From NCBI GenBank assembly GCA_913046035.1, contig CAJWSW010000006.1, positions 6,493 through 70,492 on the forward strand: a stretch of 64,000 bases of DNA, written 5' to 3'. Below are positions 50,714-61,053 of the stretch, in pieces (the stretch's first letter is position 1; each line of letters opens with the position of its first letter). Source of the stretch: an uncultured Alphaproteobacteria bacterium (lineage in GTDB: Bacteria > Pseudomonadota > Alphaproteobacteria > MPNO01 > UBA830). The notes below the pieces were generated by a model that ran no database searches, was not told where the DNA came from, and worked only from the letters and a program-made list of their open reading frames with translations. A program made the position numbers and the translations under genes.

Positions 50714-52576
50714 ATGAAACGGCTCATTCTTTGGCTTATCGTAGCCCTGACAATTGCAACGCAGGCCGTAGCGGCTAACGTTGAGCCACGTCACGGCCTC
50801 AGTGTTTTCGGAGATCTGAAATATGGCCCGAGCTTCGAACACTTTGACTACGTCAACCCGCTCGCGCCCAAAGGCGGCGCGATCATGATCTCAGGCTTAG
50901 ACACGTTTGAGACCATCCATCCTTTCATTCTTAAAGGTCGGAAAGAACTGCTAGCGGAGCCCTTGCTTTACGACACACTTATGGCGCGGTCATTTGACGA
51001 GCCGGATTCATATTATAGTCTCGTCGCAAAGACAGTCGAAATACCCAAAGATAAGCGATGGATCGCTTTTAATATCGACCCGCGAGCAAAGTTTCATGAT
51101 GGCACACAAGTCACTGCCAGCGACATCGTTTTTACTTTCAAAGCATTAGTTAAGGAGGGTCACCCACGCTTCCGGATCAATTTCCGTGATGTTGCTGAAG
51201 CAAAAGCGACTTCGTCATCCCGCGTTATGTTTACTTTCAAGCCAGGTACTCACCGAGATTTGCCGACCCGGCTCGCTACACTGCCGGTCCTGTCCAAAGA
51301 CTATTACGAAGGAGTCGACTTCAACAAAACAACATTTCAGCCAGCACTTACTAGTGGACCTTATCAAGTAAGCAAAGTGGAAGCCGGGCGCTCAATTACC
51401 TATAAACGGGTAAAGGATTACTGGGCGAAGGACCTGCCTGTTAACAGAGGGCGTTACAATTTCGACCGCGTAAAAGTTGAGTACTATCGTGACCGCGAAG
51501 TTGCCTTTCAGGCGTTCTTCTCCAACCAATATGATTATCGTGAAGAATTCACGTCCCGTCAGTGGGCCACACAGTACAACAAACCCCCCGTTAACAAAGG
51601 GCTCGTGGTCCGCGAAACTCTACCGGACGAAACCCCATCGGGGGTGCAGGCATTCATCCTGAATCTGAGGCGCGCAAAATTCCAAGATATCCGTTTACGA
51701 ATAGCGATGGATTTGGCCTTCGATTTTGAATGGACCAACAAAACCCTATTTTATGGCCTATATGAACGCACTAATTCAATGTTCGAAAATTCAAACTTAG
51801 CTGCCAAGGGGCTGCCTTCCAAAGCAGAGTTAGCAATACTTAAGCCACTCCGCGGAGAAATTCCGAAAGAAGTTTTCGAACGACCGTTTAGCTCGCCTGT
51901 AAACGACGGCTCCGGCAGGATCCGCAGCAATCTGCGCAAAGCCAGTAGCCTGCTGAAACAAGCCGGATATTCCGTTAAAAACGGAGTTTTGCAGGATCGG
52001 TCAGGTCAGCCGCTTACGATCGAATTTTTGCTTTTCGAGGCTAGTTTCAAACGCATTATCAATCCCTATATCCGCAACTTGAAACGCCTAGGTATCCAGG
52101 CTTATCTCCGCATTGTGGATGTCGCCAATTTTAAACGCCGCCAAGACAAGTTTGATTTTGACGTGGTCGTTCGACGCATTGCTCAGCCGCTTACACCTGG
52201 AATAGAACAACGCAATTATTTTGGATCTGAGTTTGTCGACGTTGAAGGGTCCTTCAACGTTGGAGGTGTAAAAAACCCTGCCGTAGATGCATTGATAGAA
52301 GAAGTAATCACCGCTCGAAACCGCAACAAACTTATTGTTGCGACGCGCGCGCTAGACCGTGTTCTAATGTGGAACCGTTATGTCGTGACCCAGTGGTATA
52401 AGGGCGTACATAATATAGCTTACTGGAATAAGTTTGACCGTCCAGCATTCCCGCCAAAGTTTGACACTGGCGTGATCGACACATGGTGGTACAACTCGGA
52501 CAAGGCGTCGATGATTAAAAAAGGCGTCGCTCCACCAATCCCTGAGGGAGCGCTACCCCCTCCCAATGGCAATTAA
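50714..52576 (+). CDS. yejA: ABC transporter substrate-binding protein, family 5 (YejA-like) paralog 2
   Basis: 620 aa with signal peptide, collinear with paralog 1 (shared blocks FDYVNP.APKGG, FHDGT..TA.D..FT, GPY......G, DWW, VE/IDYYRD). Proline-rich C-terminal tail. Confidence 0.8.
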   Translation: MKRLILWLIVALTIATQAVAANVEPRHGLSVFGDLKYGPSFEHFDYVNPLAPKGGAIMISGLDTFETIHPFILKGRKELLAEPLLYDTLMARSFDEPDSYYSLVAKTVEIPKDKRWIAFNIDPRAKFHDGTQVTASDIVFTFKALVKEGHPRFRINFRDVAEAKATSSSRVMFTFKPGTHRDLPTRLATLPVLSKDYYEGVDFNKTTFQPALTSGPYQVSKVEAGRSITYKRVKDYWAKDLPVNRGRYNFDRVKVEYYRDREVAFQAFFSNQYDYREEFTSRQWATQYNKPPVNKGLVVRETLPDETPSGVQAFILNLRRAKFQDIRLRIAMDLAFDFEWTNKTLFYGLYERTNSMFENSNLAAKGLPSKAELAILKPLRGEIPKEVFERPFSSPVNDGSGRIRSNLRKASSLLKQAGYSVKNGVLQDRSGQPLTIEFLLFEASFKRIINPYIRNLKRLGIQAYLRIVDVANFKRRQDKFDFDVVVRRIAQPLTPGIEQRNYFGSEFVDVEGSFNVGGVKNPAVDALIEEVITARNRNKLIVATRALDRVLMWNRYVVTQWYKGVHNIAYWNKFDRPAFPPKFDTGVIDTWWYNSDKASMIKKGVAPPIPEGALPPPNGN

Positions 52577-52594
52577 GGGATATTCGAGTTCGCC

Positions 52595-53704
52595 ATGACC
52601 TCTTACATCCTCCGACGGCTACTACTGATTATCCCGACCCTGCTCGGCATCATGATCATAAACTTTGCTATAGTGCAGCTGGCACCCGGTGGTCCCATCG
52701 AACAGATCATTGCAGAAGTAAGCGGAACCGATGCTGGAACCACAGGACGCATTAGCGGCGGTGGCTCCGAAGTATCGGGCGGGTCATCTCAGAATTCAGC
52801 TGGAAGCACTGCCACCGATAATAGATATCGCGGAGCGCAGGGCCTAGACCCCGAATTTATTAAAGAGTTGGAACGCCAATTTGGTTTCGATAAACCGCTG
52901 CACGAACGTTTTATCGACATGATGGGCAACTTCATTACGTTCGATTTTGGCACAAGCTTCTTTCGCGATGAAACGGTGATCGATCTGGTTTTACAAAAAA
53001 TGCCGGTGTCAATTTCACTTGGCCTTTGGACTACCCTGATCGTCTATCTGGTGTGTATCCCGCTAGGTATTCGCAAAGCAGTTAGAGACGGAAGTCGTTT
53101 CGACGTTTGGACCACCACAGCATTGACTATTGGTTTCGCAATCCCGTCTTTTGTATTGGCAATTTTGCTAATTGTGCTCTTCGCCGGCGGCAGTTTCCTC
53201 GATATCTTCCCGCTTAGAGGACTGGTTTCGGAAGATTTTGATCAAATGTCTGCCGTCGACCAAGTTTTCGACTATCTTTGGCATCTTGTTCTGCCTATCA
53301 CGGCATTGGTGCTGGGAGGTTTCCTTTCACTCACAATGCTGACCAAGAATTCTTATCTCGACCAGATCAATATGCTTTACGTTCAGACAGCACGCGCAAA
53401 AGGTCTGAGCGAAACTCGCGTTATGTACGGCCATGTTTTCCGTAATGCGATGTTGATCGTGATCGCCGGGTTCCCCGGAGCGTTCGTCGGCATACTCTTT
53501 ACTGGGGCAATGCTCATCGAGATCATCTTTTCCCTTGATGGGCTTGGCCTGCTTGGTTTCGAAGCCGCGATCAAACGCGACTATCCTATAATGTTTGCAA
53601 CTGTTTATTTCTTTACCCTTCTAGGGTTGGTCATGAACCTAATTGGCGATCTGATGTACACTATTATCGATCCGCGCATTGATTTTGAAGGCCGCAATGT
53701 CTGA
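52595..53704 (+). CDS. yejB: ABC transporter permease YejB-like
   Basis: 369 aa, a DppB-type permease with a Gly/Ser-rich insertion in the first periplasmic loop. Confidence 0.85.
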   Translation: MTSYILRRLLLIIPTLLGIMIINFAIVQLAPGGPIEQIIAEVSGTDAGTTGRISGGGSEVSGGSSQNSAGSTATDNRYRGAQGLDPEFIKELERQFGFDKPLHERFIDMMGNFITFDFGTSFFRDETVIDLVLQKMPVSISLGLWTTLIVYLVCIPLGIRKAVRDGSRFDVWTTTALTIGFAIPSFVLAILLIVLFAGGSFLDIFPLRGLVSEDFDQMSAVDQVFDYLWHLVLPITALVLGGFLSLTMLTKNSYLDQINMLYVQTARAKGLSETRVMYGHVFRNAMLIVIAGFPGAFVGILFTGAMLIEIIFSLDGLGLLGFEAAIKRDYPIMFATVYFFTLLGLVMNLIGDLMYTIIDPRIDFEGRNV

Positions 53705-54800
53705 TACATTGAGGTCGTCAACAGCAGACCAAATCCCAACTTCAGTCAAACACGCACGCCTTTTAGGCATTCCTATTTCACCTATGAATGCACGGCGGAT
53801 CTCAAATTTCAAACGCAACCGGCGCGGGCGCTGGTCTCTTTGGGTTTTTCTAGCATTGTTCCTCGGCACGTTGCCGGCAGAATTTATTGCTAACGATCGA
53901 CCGCTGGTAATCTGGTATCAAGGATCTGTCTACACGCCCGTCCTAAACACATATGCAGAAACCGTGTTTGGTGGCGATTTTGAGACCGAAGCAGAGTACC
54001 GAGAACCAGAAGTGAAAGATCTAATTACCAGCAAAGGCGGCTGGATGATCTGGCCTCCAATTAAATTTAGCTACAACACCGTTAACCTAAACCTGCAAGT
54101 CCCAGCGCCTGCGCCTCCGTCCACTGAGAATGCCCTAGGTACCGACGACCAGGGTCGCGATGTCTTAGCACGGGTTATTTATGGATTTCGAATATCCGTG
54201 CTATTCGGTTTAATCCTGACTGCACTTGGGTCAATAATCGGAATAGTAGCTGGTGCGTTTCAAGGATTTTTTGGCGGCGTTTTAGATCTTTTTTTCCAGC
54301 GGTTTATCGAAATCTGGGGCGGGTTACCTCAACTCTACATCCTCATTATCTTATCGAGCGTAATCATCCCCGGTTTCTGGACACTATTACTGATCCTTTT
54401 ACTATTCGGCTGGACATCACTAGTTGGCGTCGTCCGCGCAGAGTTTTTGCGCGCTCGCAATTTCGAATTTGTACGAGCAGCACGAGCGCTAGGGGTAGGT
54501 GATATGACTATTATGTTTCGCCACGTATTGCCCAACGCAATGGTCGCAACCCTAACCTTCTTGCCACTTATCCTTACCGGATCAATCACTAGCTTAACCG
54601 CCCTCGATTTCCTTGGTCTTGGCTTACCTCCGGGATCACCGTCACTTGGTGAACTCCTTCAACAAGGTAAAACCAACTTACAGGCGCCATGGCTTGGACT
54701 CACATCAACAATCGCGATCTCATTAACCCTTGTCCTACTAATTTTTGTAGGCGAAGCAGTGCGCGATGCATTCGACCCAAAGAAGACCTTCAGTGACTGA
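53697..54800 (+). CDS. yejE: ABC transporter permease YejE-like
   Basis: DppC-type permease. Likely start ATG 53697, overlapping the yejB stop (ATGTCTGA). Confidence 0.85.
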   Translation: MSDTLRSSTADQIPTSVKHARLLGIPISPMNARRISNFKRNRRGRWSLWVFLALFLGTLPAEFIANDRPLVIWYQGSVYTPVLNTYAETVFGGDFETEAEYREPEVKDLITSKGGWMIWPPIKFSYNTVNLNLQVPAPAPPSTENALGTDDQGRDVLARVIYGFRISVLFGLILTALGSIIGIVAGAFQGFFGGVLDLFFQRFIEIWGGLPQLYILIILSSVIIPGFWTLLLILLLFGWTSLVGVVRAEFLRARNFEFVRAARALGVGDMTIMFRHVLPNAMVATLTFLPLILTGSITSLTALDFLGLGLPPGSPSLGELLQQGKTNLQAPWLGLTSTIAISLTLVLLIFVGEAVRDAFDPKKTFSD

Positions 54801-56424
54801 TCCACTAATTAATATCAACGATCTCTCGGTTTCTTTTGGCGACAAACTTTCCGCAATACAGGCCGTAAGTAACGTGTCTTTTCGAATTGAGCACGGCGAA
54901 ACTCTGGCCTTGGTCGGAGAGTCTGGTTCCGGAAAGTCGGTAACCGCACTGTCGATTATGCAGCTGTTACCCTATCCTGCGGCTTTCCATCCATCAGGCT
55001 CGATTCGTTTCTTAGACGAAGAAATTATCGGTGCATCTTCATCTCGCATGCAAGAGATACGTGGAAATCGGATCGCCATTATCTTCCAAGAACCACTTAC
55101 ATCTCTAAACCCGCTACACACTATCGAGAAGCAAATCGGAGAAACCCTACTACTCCACAAAAAACTGGACAGGAGCGCTACCCGATCCAGGATTATCGAA
55201 CTGCTATGCGAAGTTGGCCTACCTAACGCAAGGGAACGGCTGGTCGCGTACCCTCACCAGCTTTCCGGCGGTCAACGCCAACGTGTAATGATTGCAATGG
55301 CGCTGGCAAACGATCCAGACCTATTAATTGCGGACGAACCAACCACAGCGCTCGACGTGACAATCCAAGCGCAGATATTGGGTCTGCTTCGGGAAATTCA
55401 AAAGAACCGGGGCATGTCAATCCTGCTCATAACTCACGATCTTGGCGTTGTGCGCAAAGTTGCAAATCGCGTATGCGTCATGAAAGATGGCAAAATTGTC
55501 GAGACTAGCGAGACCGCCCATCTCTTTCAGGCTCCACAACATCCTTACACCCAACACCTGCTCAAGGCTGAACCTTCGGGTAACCCGTTATCGGCGCGGA
55601 CTACAGAACGCCCGGTGATCAAAGCCGAAAACCTGCGCGTCTGGTTTCCAATAAAAAAGGGTCTGCTCCGGCGCACGGTAGGACACATAAAGGCTGTTGA
55701 CGGCATCGATATCACTATCCGTGAGGGCCAAACCGTCGGCGTAGTGGGTGAATCTGGTTCCGGCAAGACAACGTTGGCAATGGGATTGCTAAGATTAGAA
55801 AGCAGCAACGGCGCAATTACTTTGAAAGATGAACGTATTGACGGCTATGACTTTCGAAAGATGCGTCCTCTCAGGGAAAAAATGCAAATAGTTTTCCAAG
55901 ACCCATTTTCATCTCTGTCGCCACGATTGTCAGTTGGCCAAATTGTTGAAGAAGGTCTTCGGGTGCACAATCTGGCAGGCGACACCCTCGAAGAACGGCG
56001 CGAAGTGATATCGGCAGCGCTGGCGGAGGTTGGCCTCTCGCCAGACGTTCAAGACCGGTATCCGCACGAATTTTCGGGTGGTCAACGGCAGCGTATCGCG
56101 ATTGCGAGGGCCATTGTCCTGAAGCCAAAATTTATCGTTCTTGACGAACCAACATCTGCACTCGACATGTCAGTCCAAGCTCAAATAGTAGATCTTTTGC
56201 GCGATCTGCAAGAGCGCCACGGCCTTGCATATCTGTTCATTAGCCACGACCTAAAGGTAGTGCGGACGCTCGCTGATGAACTACTTGTTATGAAAGACGG
56301 CAGAGTTGTCGAGAGAGGTTCGGCCGAAGAGATTTTTAAAAGCCCGACTGAAGAATACACAAAGGCCTTACTTGCTGCAGCCTTTGACATTGAGGTAGTA
56401 AGCACACATACGGTTCACACGTGA
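54766..56424 (+). CDS. yejF: ABC transporter ATP-binding protein YejF-like (two fused ABC domains)
   Basis: 552 aa with two complete Walker A / signature / Walker B sets (GESGSGKS twice, LSGGQRQRV and FSGGQRQRI). Confidence 0.85.
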   Translation: MHSTQRRPSVTDPLININDLSVSFGDKLSAIQAVSNVSFRIEHGETLALVGESGSGKSVTALSIMQLLPYPAAFHPSGSIRFLDEEIIGASSSRMQEIRGNRIAIIFQEPLTSLNPLHTIEKQIGETLLLHKKLDRSATRSRIIELLCEVGLPNARERLVAYPHQLSGGQRQRVMIAMALANDPDLLIADEPTTALDVTIQAQILGLLREIQKNRGMSILLITHDLGVVRKVANRVCVMKDGKIVETSETAHLFQAPQHPYTQHLLKAEPSGNPLSARTTERPVIKAENLRVWFPIKKGLLRRTVGHIKAVDGIDITIREGQTVGVVGESGSGKTTLAMGLLRLESSNGAITLKDERIDGYDFRKMRPLREKMQIVFQDPFSSLSPRLSVGQIVEEGLRVHNLAGDTLEERREVISAALAEVGLSPDVQDRYPHEFSGGQRQRIAIARAIVLKPKFIVLDEPTSALDMSVQAQIVDLLRDLQERHGLAYLFISHDLKVVRTLADELLVMKDGRVVERGSAEEIFKSPTEEYTKALLAAAFDIEVVSTHTVHT

Positions 56425-56590
56425 GTTTTTTGAAACAGATCACGCTCATTTAAAGAACTTTCGCACGTGAAAAATATTTATCATTATCGACCCATGCCTC
56501 CAGTCGCGCTTGTTCGAAATTTGGCTCTTAACCGGCGCATAACTAGTCCCGGGTCACACAATTCTTGGTTTATTTTGGCAGGCTTTGAAC

Positions 56591-56989
56591 CTAATACCTG
56601 CCATCCTCCGTATATGGCACACCTCCTTCAAATGGTGTCGGGCTGGTAAGTTCGCGTCCAGCTGCAGACACCTGACCAGCAAATTTAGCCAAAAATAGAG
56701 CGCCTTTTACGGTAAGCTCAAGCTGAACGCTCCGACGGTCGTAGTCATCTCGCCGACGGCTGATATAACCTAATTGGCTAAGCCGATAGATTGCGCGCGA
56801 AATGGCGGGTTTCGAGATATTCAGGCCCTTCGAGAGCGAGCGGACCGTATGCGGCTTTGGCTCAGTATAAACCGTAAGCAAAATCGACATCTGCCGAGCA
56901 GACAAATCTGGATCGTCGCTACGGACACTTGCCGAGAGTGCGTTGCACCATAACGCAAGGGCATCATCTTCATTCAGAAATATCGGCAT
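56591..56989 (-). CDS. MarR-family transcriptional regulator
   Basis: Roughly 130-aa winged-helix regulator (LSARQMSILLTVY...RDDYDRRSVQLELTVKG). Divergent from the GST gene. Likely start ATG 56989. Confidence 0.7.
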   Translation of the reverse strand: MPIFLNEDDALALWCNALSASVRSDDPDLSARQMSILLTVYTEPKPHTVRSLSKGLNISKPAISRAIYRLSQLGYISRRRDDYDRRSVQLELTVKGALFLAKFAGQVSAAGRELTSPTPFEGGVPYTEDGRY

Positions 56990-57121
56990 GCTATCTCCAG
57001 ACCGCACCGCGCTCTCGCTTTAAACGCACATCTTAAGTTTAGCCGAATCATGATATGCTTGACCATTTACTGGAGGCAGCGGAAAACAACTGGTATCAGT
57101 TTGCTGCCGGGAGACTGCATT

Positions 57122-57721
57122 ATGAACATGAAATTACTAATGCGTGGGCCGTCACCATTCGGGCGCAAATGCACATTCGCCGCACAGTATTTGGACCTTT
57201 CCGACAAAATCGAAATTAGCGAGCCCGAAAGTGAAGATCAAATCCGGAGCTTAAACCCGCTTGCTAAGGTGCCCGTTTTAGTGTGCGATGACGGAGTTAC
57301 AATTTTCGATAGCCGGGTCATCTTGGAGTTTTTGGACTGCTTAGCAGGCGGCGGAAAGATCATTCCATCCGATACAGCGGCACGTTTTGATGCTCTGTGC
57401 TCCGCGGCAATGGCAGACGGTATACTAGAGGCGGCCCTCCTAATTACTTATGAGGGCCGCTACCGGCCAGACCAAGAACCCTACAAACCTTGGCTTAAAT
57501 TCCAACAAGGTAAAATTCAGCGCGCGTTAGAAACAATGTCCAAGGCGCCCCCGGCGATAGCCCCCCTTACTGTAAGCAGCATAGGTCTTGGCTGCGCATT
57601 GGAATATATGGATTTCCGCAAACAGTACGCCTGGCGGCCGGAATTCCCAGCTCTGGTAGCATGGCTTAATGAATTCAACGCCGCTTACAGCACCTTCTCC
57701 GCAAGCCGTCCGTCGGATTGA
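57122..57721 (+). CDS. glutathione S-transferase family protein
   Basis: Thioredoxin-like N-terminal domain (SPFGRK, VPVLV.DDG) plus a helical C-terminal domain. Start ATG 57122 or 57128; the track entry is extended to 57050. Confidence 0.7.
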   Translation: MNMKLLMRGPSPFGRKCTFAAQYLDLSDKIEISEPESEDQIRSLNPLAKVPVLVCDDGVTIFDSRVILEFLDCLAGGGKIIPSDTAARFDALCSAAMADGILEAALLITYEGRYRPDQEPYKPWLKFQQGKIQRALETMSKAPPAIAPLTVSSIGLGCALEYMDFRKQYAWRPEFPALVAWLNEFNAAYSTFSASRPSD

Positions 57722-57853
57722 AATGGCTCAACCAAGCTCAATTCCCTTATAGAAAAAGTCGCAGAACATTTAAAAACCTGTGAAGCTTATTCCACCGTCT
57801 CCGCAACAGACAAAGCACCCTATACCTACCTTTGATAAGGTAAGAGTAAAATT

Positions 57854-58408
57854 TTAAAAGCGGGAACAATCTTCAAGAAAAGGGAATTCCGCCACTGGCG
57901 TATAGTCAGCTCCATGCCTCCCCAAACGGCTCTCATAAAGCACAAATGAATGCGCCTTAAATGGTAGAGCAAAAAACGCGCCATTGACCTCCAGCCACCT
58001 TTGCACATGGTTAGGACGTGCACCGTTCATACGACCAATCGTAACGTGGGGCGTGTATTTTCGTCGCTCTGGCGACAATCCAACTCGGATCAAAGCCCGA
58101 TCTACCTTTTCGTGAAGCGCCATAAGTCCTTGGTTCTTTTCAACACCGACCCACACCGCGCGCACGCGCGACTTACTAGCAAACTGCCCAGCGCCGTTTA
58201 GCGCGATCTCAACCGGCGCCGCGCGAATTCCGCCGAGGGCCTGCACAATGTCATCAATCACTAGCTCGGACACTTCTCCGACAAAACGCAAAGTAATGTG
58301 AAGATCTCGGACGTCCACCCAGCGCGCTCCATCTATTCCACCGCCCAATGCAACCAGCCTCTTTCGACATTGATCAGGGAGAGCGAGTGCGACAAACAAG
58401 CGGATCAT
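57854..58408 (-). CDS. thpR: RNA 2',3'-cyclic phosphodiesterase (2H phosphoesterase, ThpR/LigT-like)
   Basis: Two H-x-T/S-x motifs (HITLRF and HVTIGR) at the spacing characteristic of the 2H superfamily. Likely start ATG 58408. Confidence 0.75.
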   Translation of the reverse strand: MIRLFVALALPDQCRKRLVALGGGIDGARWVDVRDLHITLRFVGEVSELVIDDIVQALGGIRAAPVEIALNGAGQFASKSRVRAVWVGVEKNQGLMALHEKVDRALIRVGLSPERRKYTPHVTIGRMNGARPNHVQRWLEVNGAFFALPFKAHSFVLYESRLGRHGADYTPVAEFPFLEDCSRF

Positions 58409-58516
58409 TTTACAGCACTTCAATCCTACGGCTCTTCACCGCAGCACGGAGAATAGAATAAAAAAAACCCTATTAAGCAACTATCGGTGGGATTGGTTGA
58501 ATGCAAACTTCAATGT

Positions 58517-59647
58517 TTATCCAATTAAAGTTAGGACACCAGTGTAGCCATATAACCGATTATTAGAAATCTCACCGTTGGCGAAAAAACCAACAACCGG
58601 CACATCGTCTCCAAGGACATTCTGCACCGCCATTAATTCTTCTGAGTTCCGGCCGAAAAGATTAGGGCCACGCGCAACGCAAGAATAATATAGCGCCGCC
58701 TTTGGTTTGCCAGCAGCGCGCATGGTAATATCCGCTAGCATCCGTTGGAGGTCTTTCATCGCCGACGGCGCGTCGCGGCGAACGAACATTAACCGGTCGC
58801 CAGCAGATACCCGCTCTCCGATCGCAACCAGCTTGTTATCGGGGTCAACACCGACCACATTCCGAACCAAATAGTCACCCCGATCGTCACCAGAAACCGG
58901 GAGTGCAGCATGAATATAGCCACCCACGCGCTCCAGATTTTGCGCCAACACCTCACCGATATCTTCTTTGAAAACATCGAGTGCAGGGAGCTTATCTAAT
59001 TCAAAAATAATGTTGTCTTTTGCCTTCGTCACTTCGTGGATACTACCGACAGGTGAACAACCCTGACTGAGACCTGAGGTGACACTTACATCTCCGGAGA
59101 AAAACACCCCCGAAACTCCCCCTTCCGTGAGTTCATTAGCGATCTGTGGCTGCTTCCCTCGCGACGCTGTTAGTCCACCCACTAGAAACGCATCTGTATC
59201 ATCCGTGATTGAATTGAGAATATCGCCGACGTAGGCATTACGTGGATCGGCGTGCACAACACCCAGCATGGGGTTTTTTCGAGACACCCATTCCATAGCA
59301 TCGTCTGTTAAGGGTTCACCTGGCGTGGCGATGGTCGACATCACCTTGAAGGCATCGTCATCTAAGGCGCCGATCATAACTACAACCGCTGGGGTGTCGA
59401 AATATTCCTTTCCGCCCACCATAACGCCGAAGCCAACTGTACCGACCCAATGGGCGACACCAGTCTTTTCACGCAGACGGGCGGCAATTAACGGGAAGTC
59501 TGCATCAAGTGTGTCCGTAACGTACAGGAAGCCTAGATTGGCTCCGTCCGGAAGCCTTCCAATCTGCGCCAAACAAGAGGCCGTCAGAGTTTGCCAATCT
59601 GCATCGGATGCGTGGCCAACATAGAAATTCTGCGTGACGTTATTCAT
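58517..59647 (-). CDS. FIST-domain signal-transduction protein (FIST_N + FIST_C)
   Basis: 376 aa, cytoplasmic, with the C-terminal GFFANGEI motif typical of FIST_C. No output domain. Confidence 0.7.
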   Translation of the reverse strand: MNNVTQNFYVGHASDADWQTLTASCLAQIGRLPDGANLGFLYVTDTLDADFPLIAARLREKTGVAHWVGTVGFGVMVGGKEYFDTPAVVVMIGALDDDAFKVMSTIATPGEPLTDDAMEWVSRKNPMLGVVHADPRNAYVGDILNSITDDTDAFLVGGLTASRGKQPQIANELTEGGVSGVFFSGDVSVTSGLSQGCSPVGSIHEVTKAKDNIIFELDKLPALDVFKEDIGEVLAQNLERVGGYIHAALPVSGDDRGDYLVRNVVGVDPDNKLVAIGERVSAGDRLMFVRRDAPSAMKDLQRMLADITMRAAGKPKAALYYSCVARGPNLFGRNSEELMAVQNVLGDDVPVVGFFANGEISNNRLYGYTGVLTLIG

Positions 59648-59650
59648 TAT

Positions 59651-60262
59651 TTATTCCTTCTCATCCAGAAATTTCTCAATTGATGGCAAGATCCGTCCGA
59701 CAATGACCGTTACACCCCTTTCGTTGGGGTGGATACCGTCATCCTGGTTTAGGTCTCTCTTGGCAGCAACTCCTTCTAAGAAAAATGGGTAGAGCATGAT
59801 CCCATGTTTCTTCGAAAGATCTGTGTACACAGACCGGAAGGCATCGGTATAAACTTGGCCAAGATTTGGCGACGCATACATTCCGGCTAGCATAACCCTT
59901 ATATTTTTCGCCTTGAGATCTTTAACTATTTTGTCAAGATTCTGACGGGTCAGGCTAGGTGAGACCGCGCGCAGCATATCATTCGCGCCAAGTTCGACAA
60001 GCACGTGGGTCGGGGTTGATGCCAACACCCATTCAAGTCGCGCCAAACCACCTGAGGTAGTGTCGCCCGACACGCCCGCGTTGATCACGGTTACATCTCT
60101 TCCTTTTGCACGAAGGGCCGCTTCAAGCTGGGAGGGAAATGTCGCTTCCTGCGGCAATCCATATCCCGCCGCCAAGCTGTCACCGAGCACCAGGAGCCGT
60201 AGCGGTGTATTTGCATGTGCTGGTGTTCCGAAAGTTATCAGAGCAAAAACTATTACAAACAA
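59651..60262 (-). CDS. tesA: SGNH/GDSL arylesterase-thioesterase (TesA-like), secreted
   Basis: Catalytic block LRLLVLGDSLAAGYGL plus a C-terminal DDGIHPN (Asp/His of the triad). Preceded by a hydrophobic signal-like segment. No in-frame ATG; the probable start is TTG 60262 (MFVIVFALITFGTPAHA). The track entry 59651..60625 is grossly over-extended. Divergent from ybbA as in E. coli tesA/ybbA-ybbP. Confidence 0.7.
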   Translation of the reverse strand: MFVIVFALITFGTPAHANTPLRLLVLGDSLAAGYGLPQEATFPSQLEAALRAKGRDVTVINAGVSGDTTSGGLARLEWVLASTPTHVLVELGANDMLRAVSPSLTRQNLDKIVKDLKAKNIRVMLAGMYASPNLGQVYTDAFRSVYTDLSKKHGIMLYPFFLEGVAAKRDLNQDDGIHPNERGVTVIVGRILPSIEKFLDEKE

Positions 60263-60325
60263 GCGCTTGAGAATGCGCTTAATTGAGCTATATCGGGTGT
60301 TGCTTATCTTCCCGTTCAAAAATCG

Positions 60326-61040
60326 GGTAAAATGTATGGAAAACAAAAGCGACACTCGGGCACCCATGATTCTACTCGAAGATGTTGAACTTAAGCTGGA
60401 GAGTGAAGCCGGGTTCGTCAACATCCTCAAAGGTATTAATTTAGAAATCACAGATGGCGAAACCGTCAGCGTGGTCGGTCCTTCTGGGTCTGGCAAAACC
60501 TCGATGATGATGCTGATTGGTGGTCTCGAGCGACAGACTGGAGGAAGTATAAATGTCGCCGGTAATGACCTGGAGAAACTCGACGAAGACGGTCTTGCCC
60601 GGTTCCGACGTGACAATGTTGGCATTGTTTTTCAGAACTTCCACTTAGTGCCAACAATGAGCGCTCTGGAAAACGTCGCAATCCCGGTTGAGTTGGCAGG
60701 CTTGGATAACCCTTTTGATCGGGCAGCCTCCGCACTTTCATCCGTCGACCTTGACCACCGGGCAGCACACTACCCCAGTCAACTGTCTGGCGGTGAACAA
60801 CAGCGTGTAGCGCTAGCACGAGCAATCGTTGCCGGGCCGCGACTACTTCTCGCGGATGAACCCACGGGGAATTTAGATGGCGCAACTGGTGAAACAGTTA
60901 TGAACCTGCTCTTTCAACTGCGCACCGATCATAACGCGACCCTACTGCTGATTACGCACAACCCAGCTCTTGCCGAACGATGCGGCCGGATAATCAGCTT
61001 AAATGATGGCCTGATCAGTAGCGACGAAGTTATTACGTGA
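60326..61040 (+). CDS. ybbA: ABC transporter ATP-binding protein YbbA/LolD-like
   Basis: Walker [10 protein letters not shown], signature [14 protein letters not shown] and Walker [13 protein letters not shown]. Real start ATG 60326 (MENKSD...); the track entry begins at 60060. Confidence 0.85.
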
Positions 61041-61053
61041 CAGACACAGTCGT

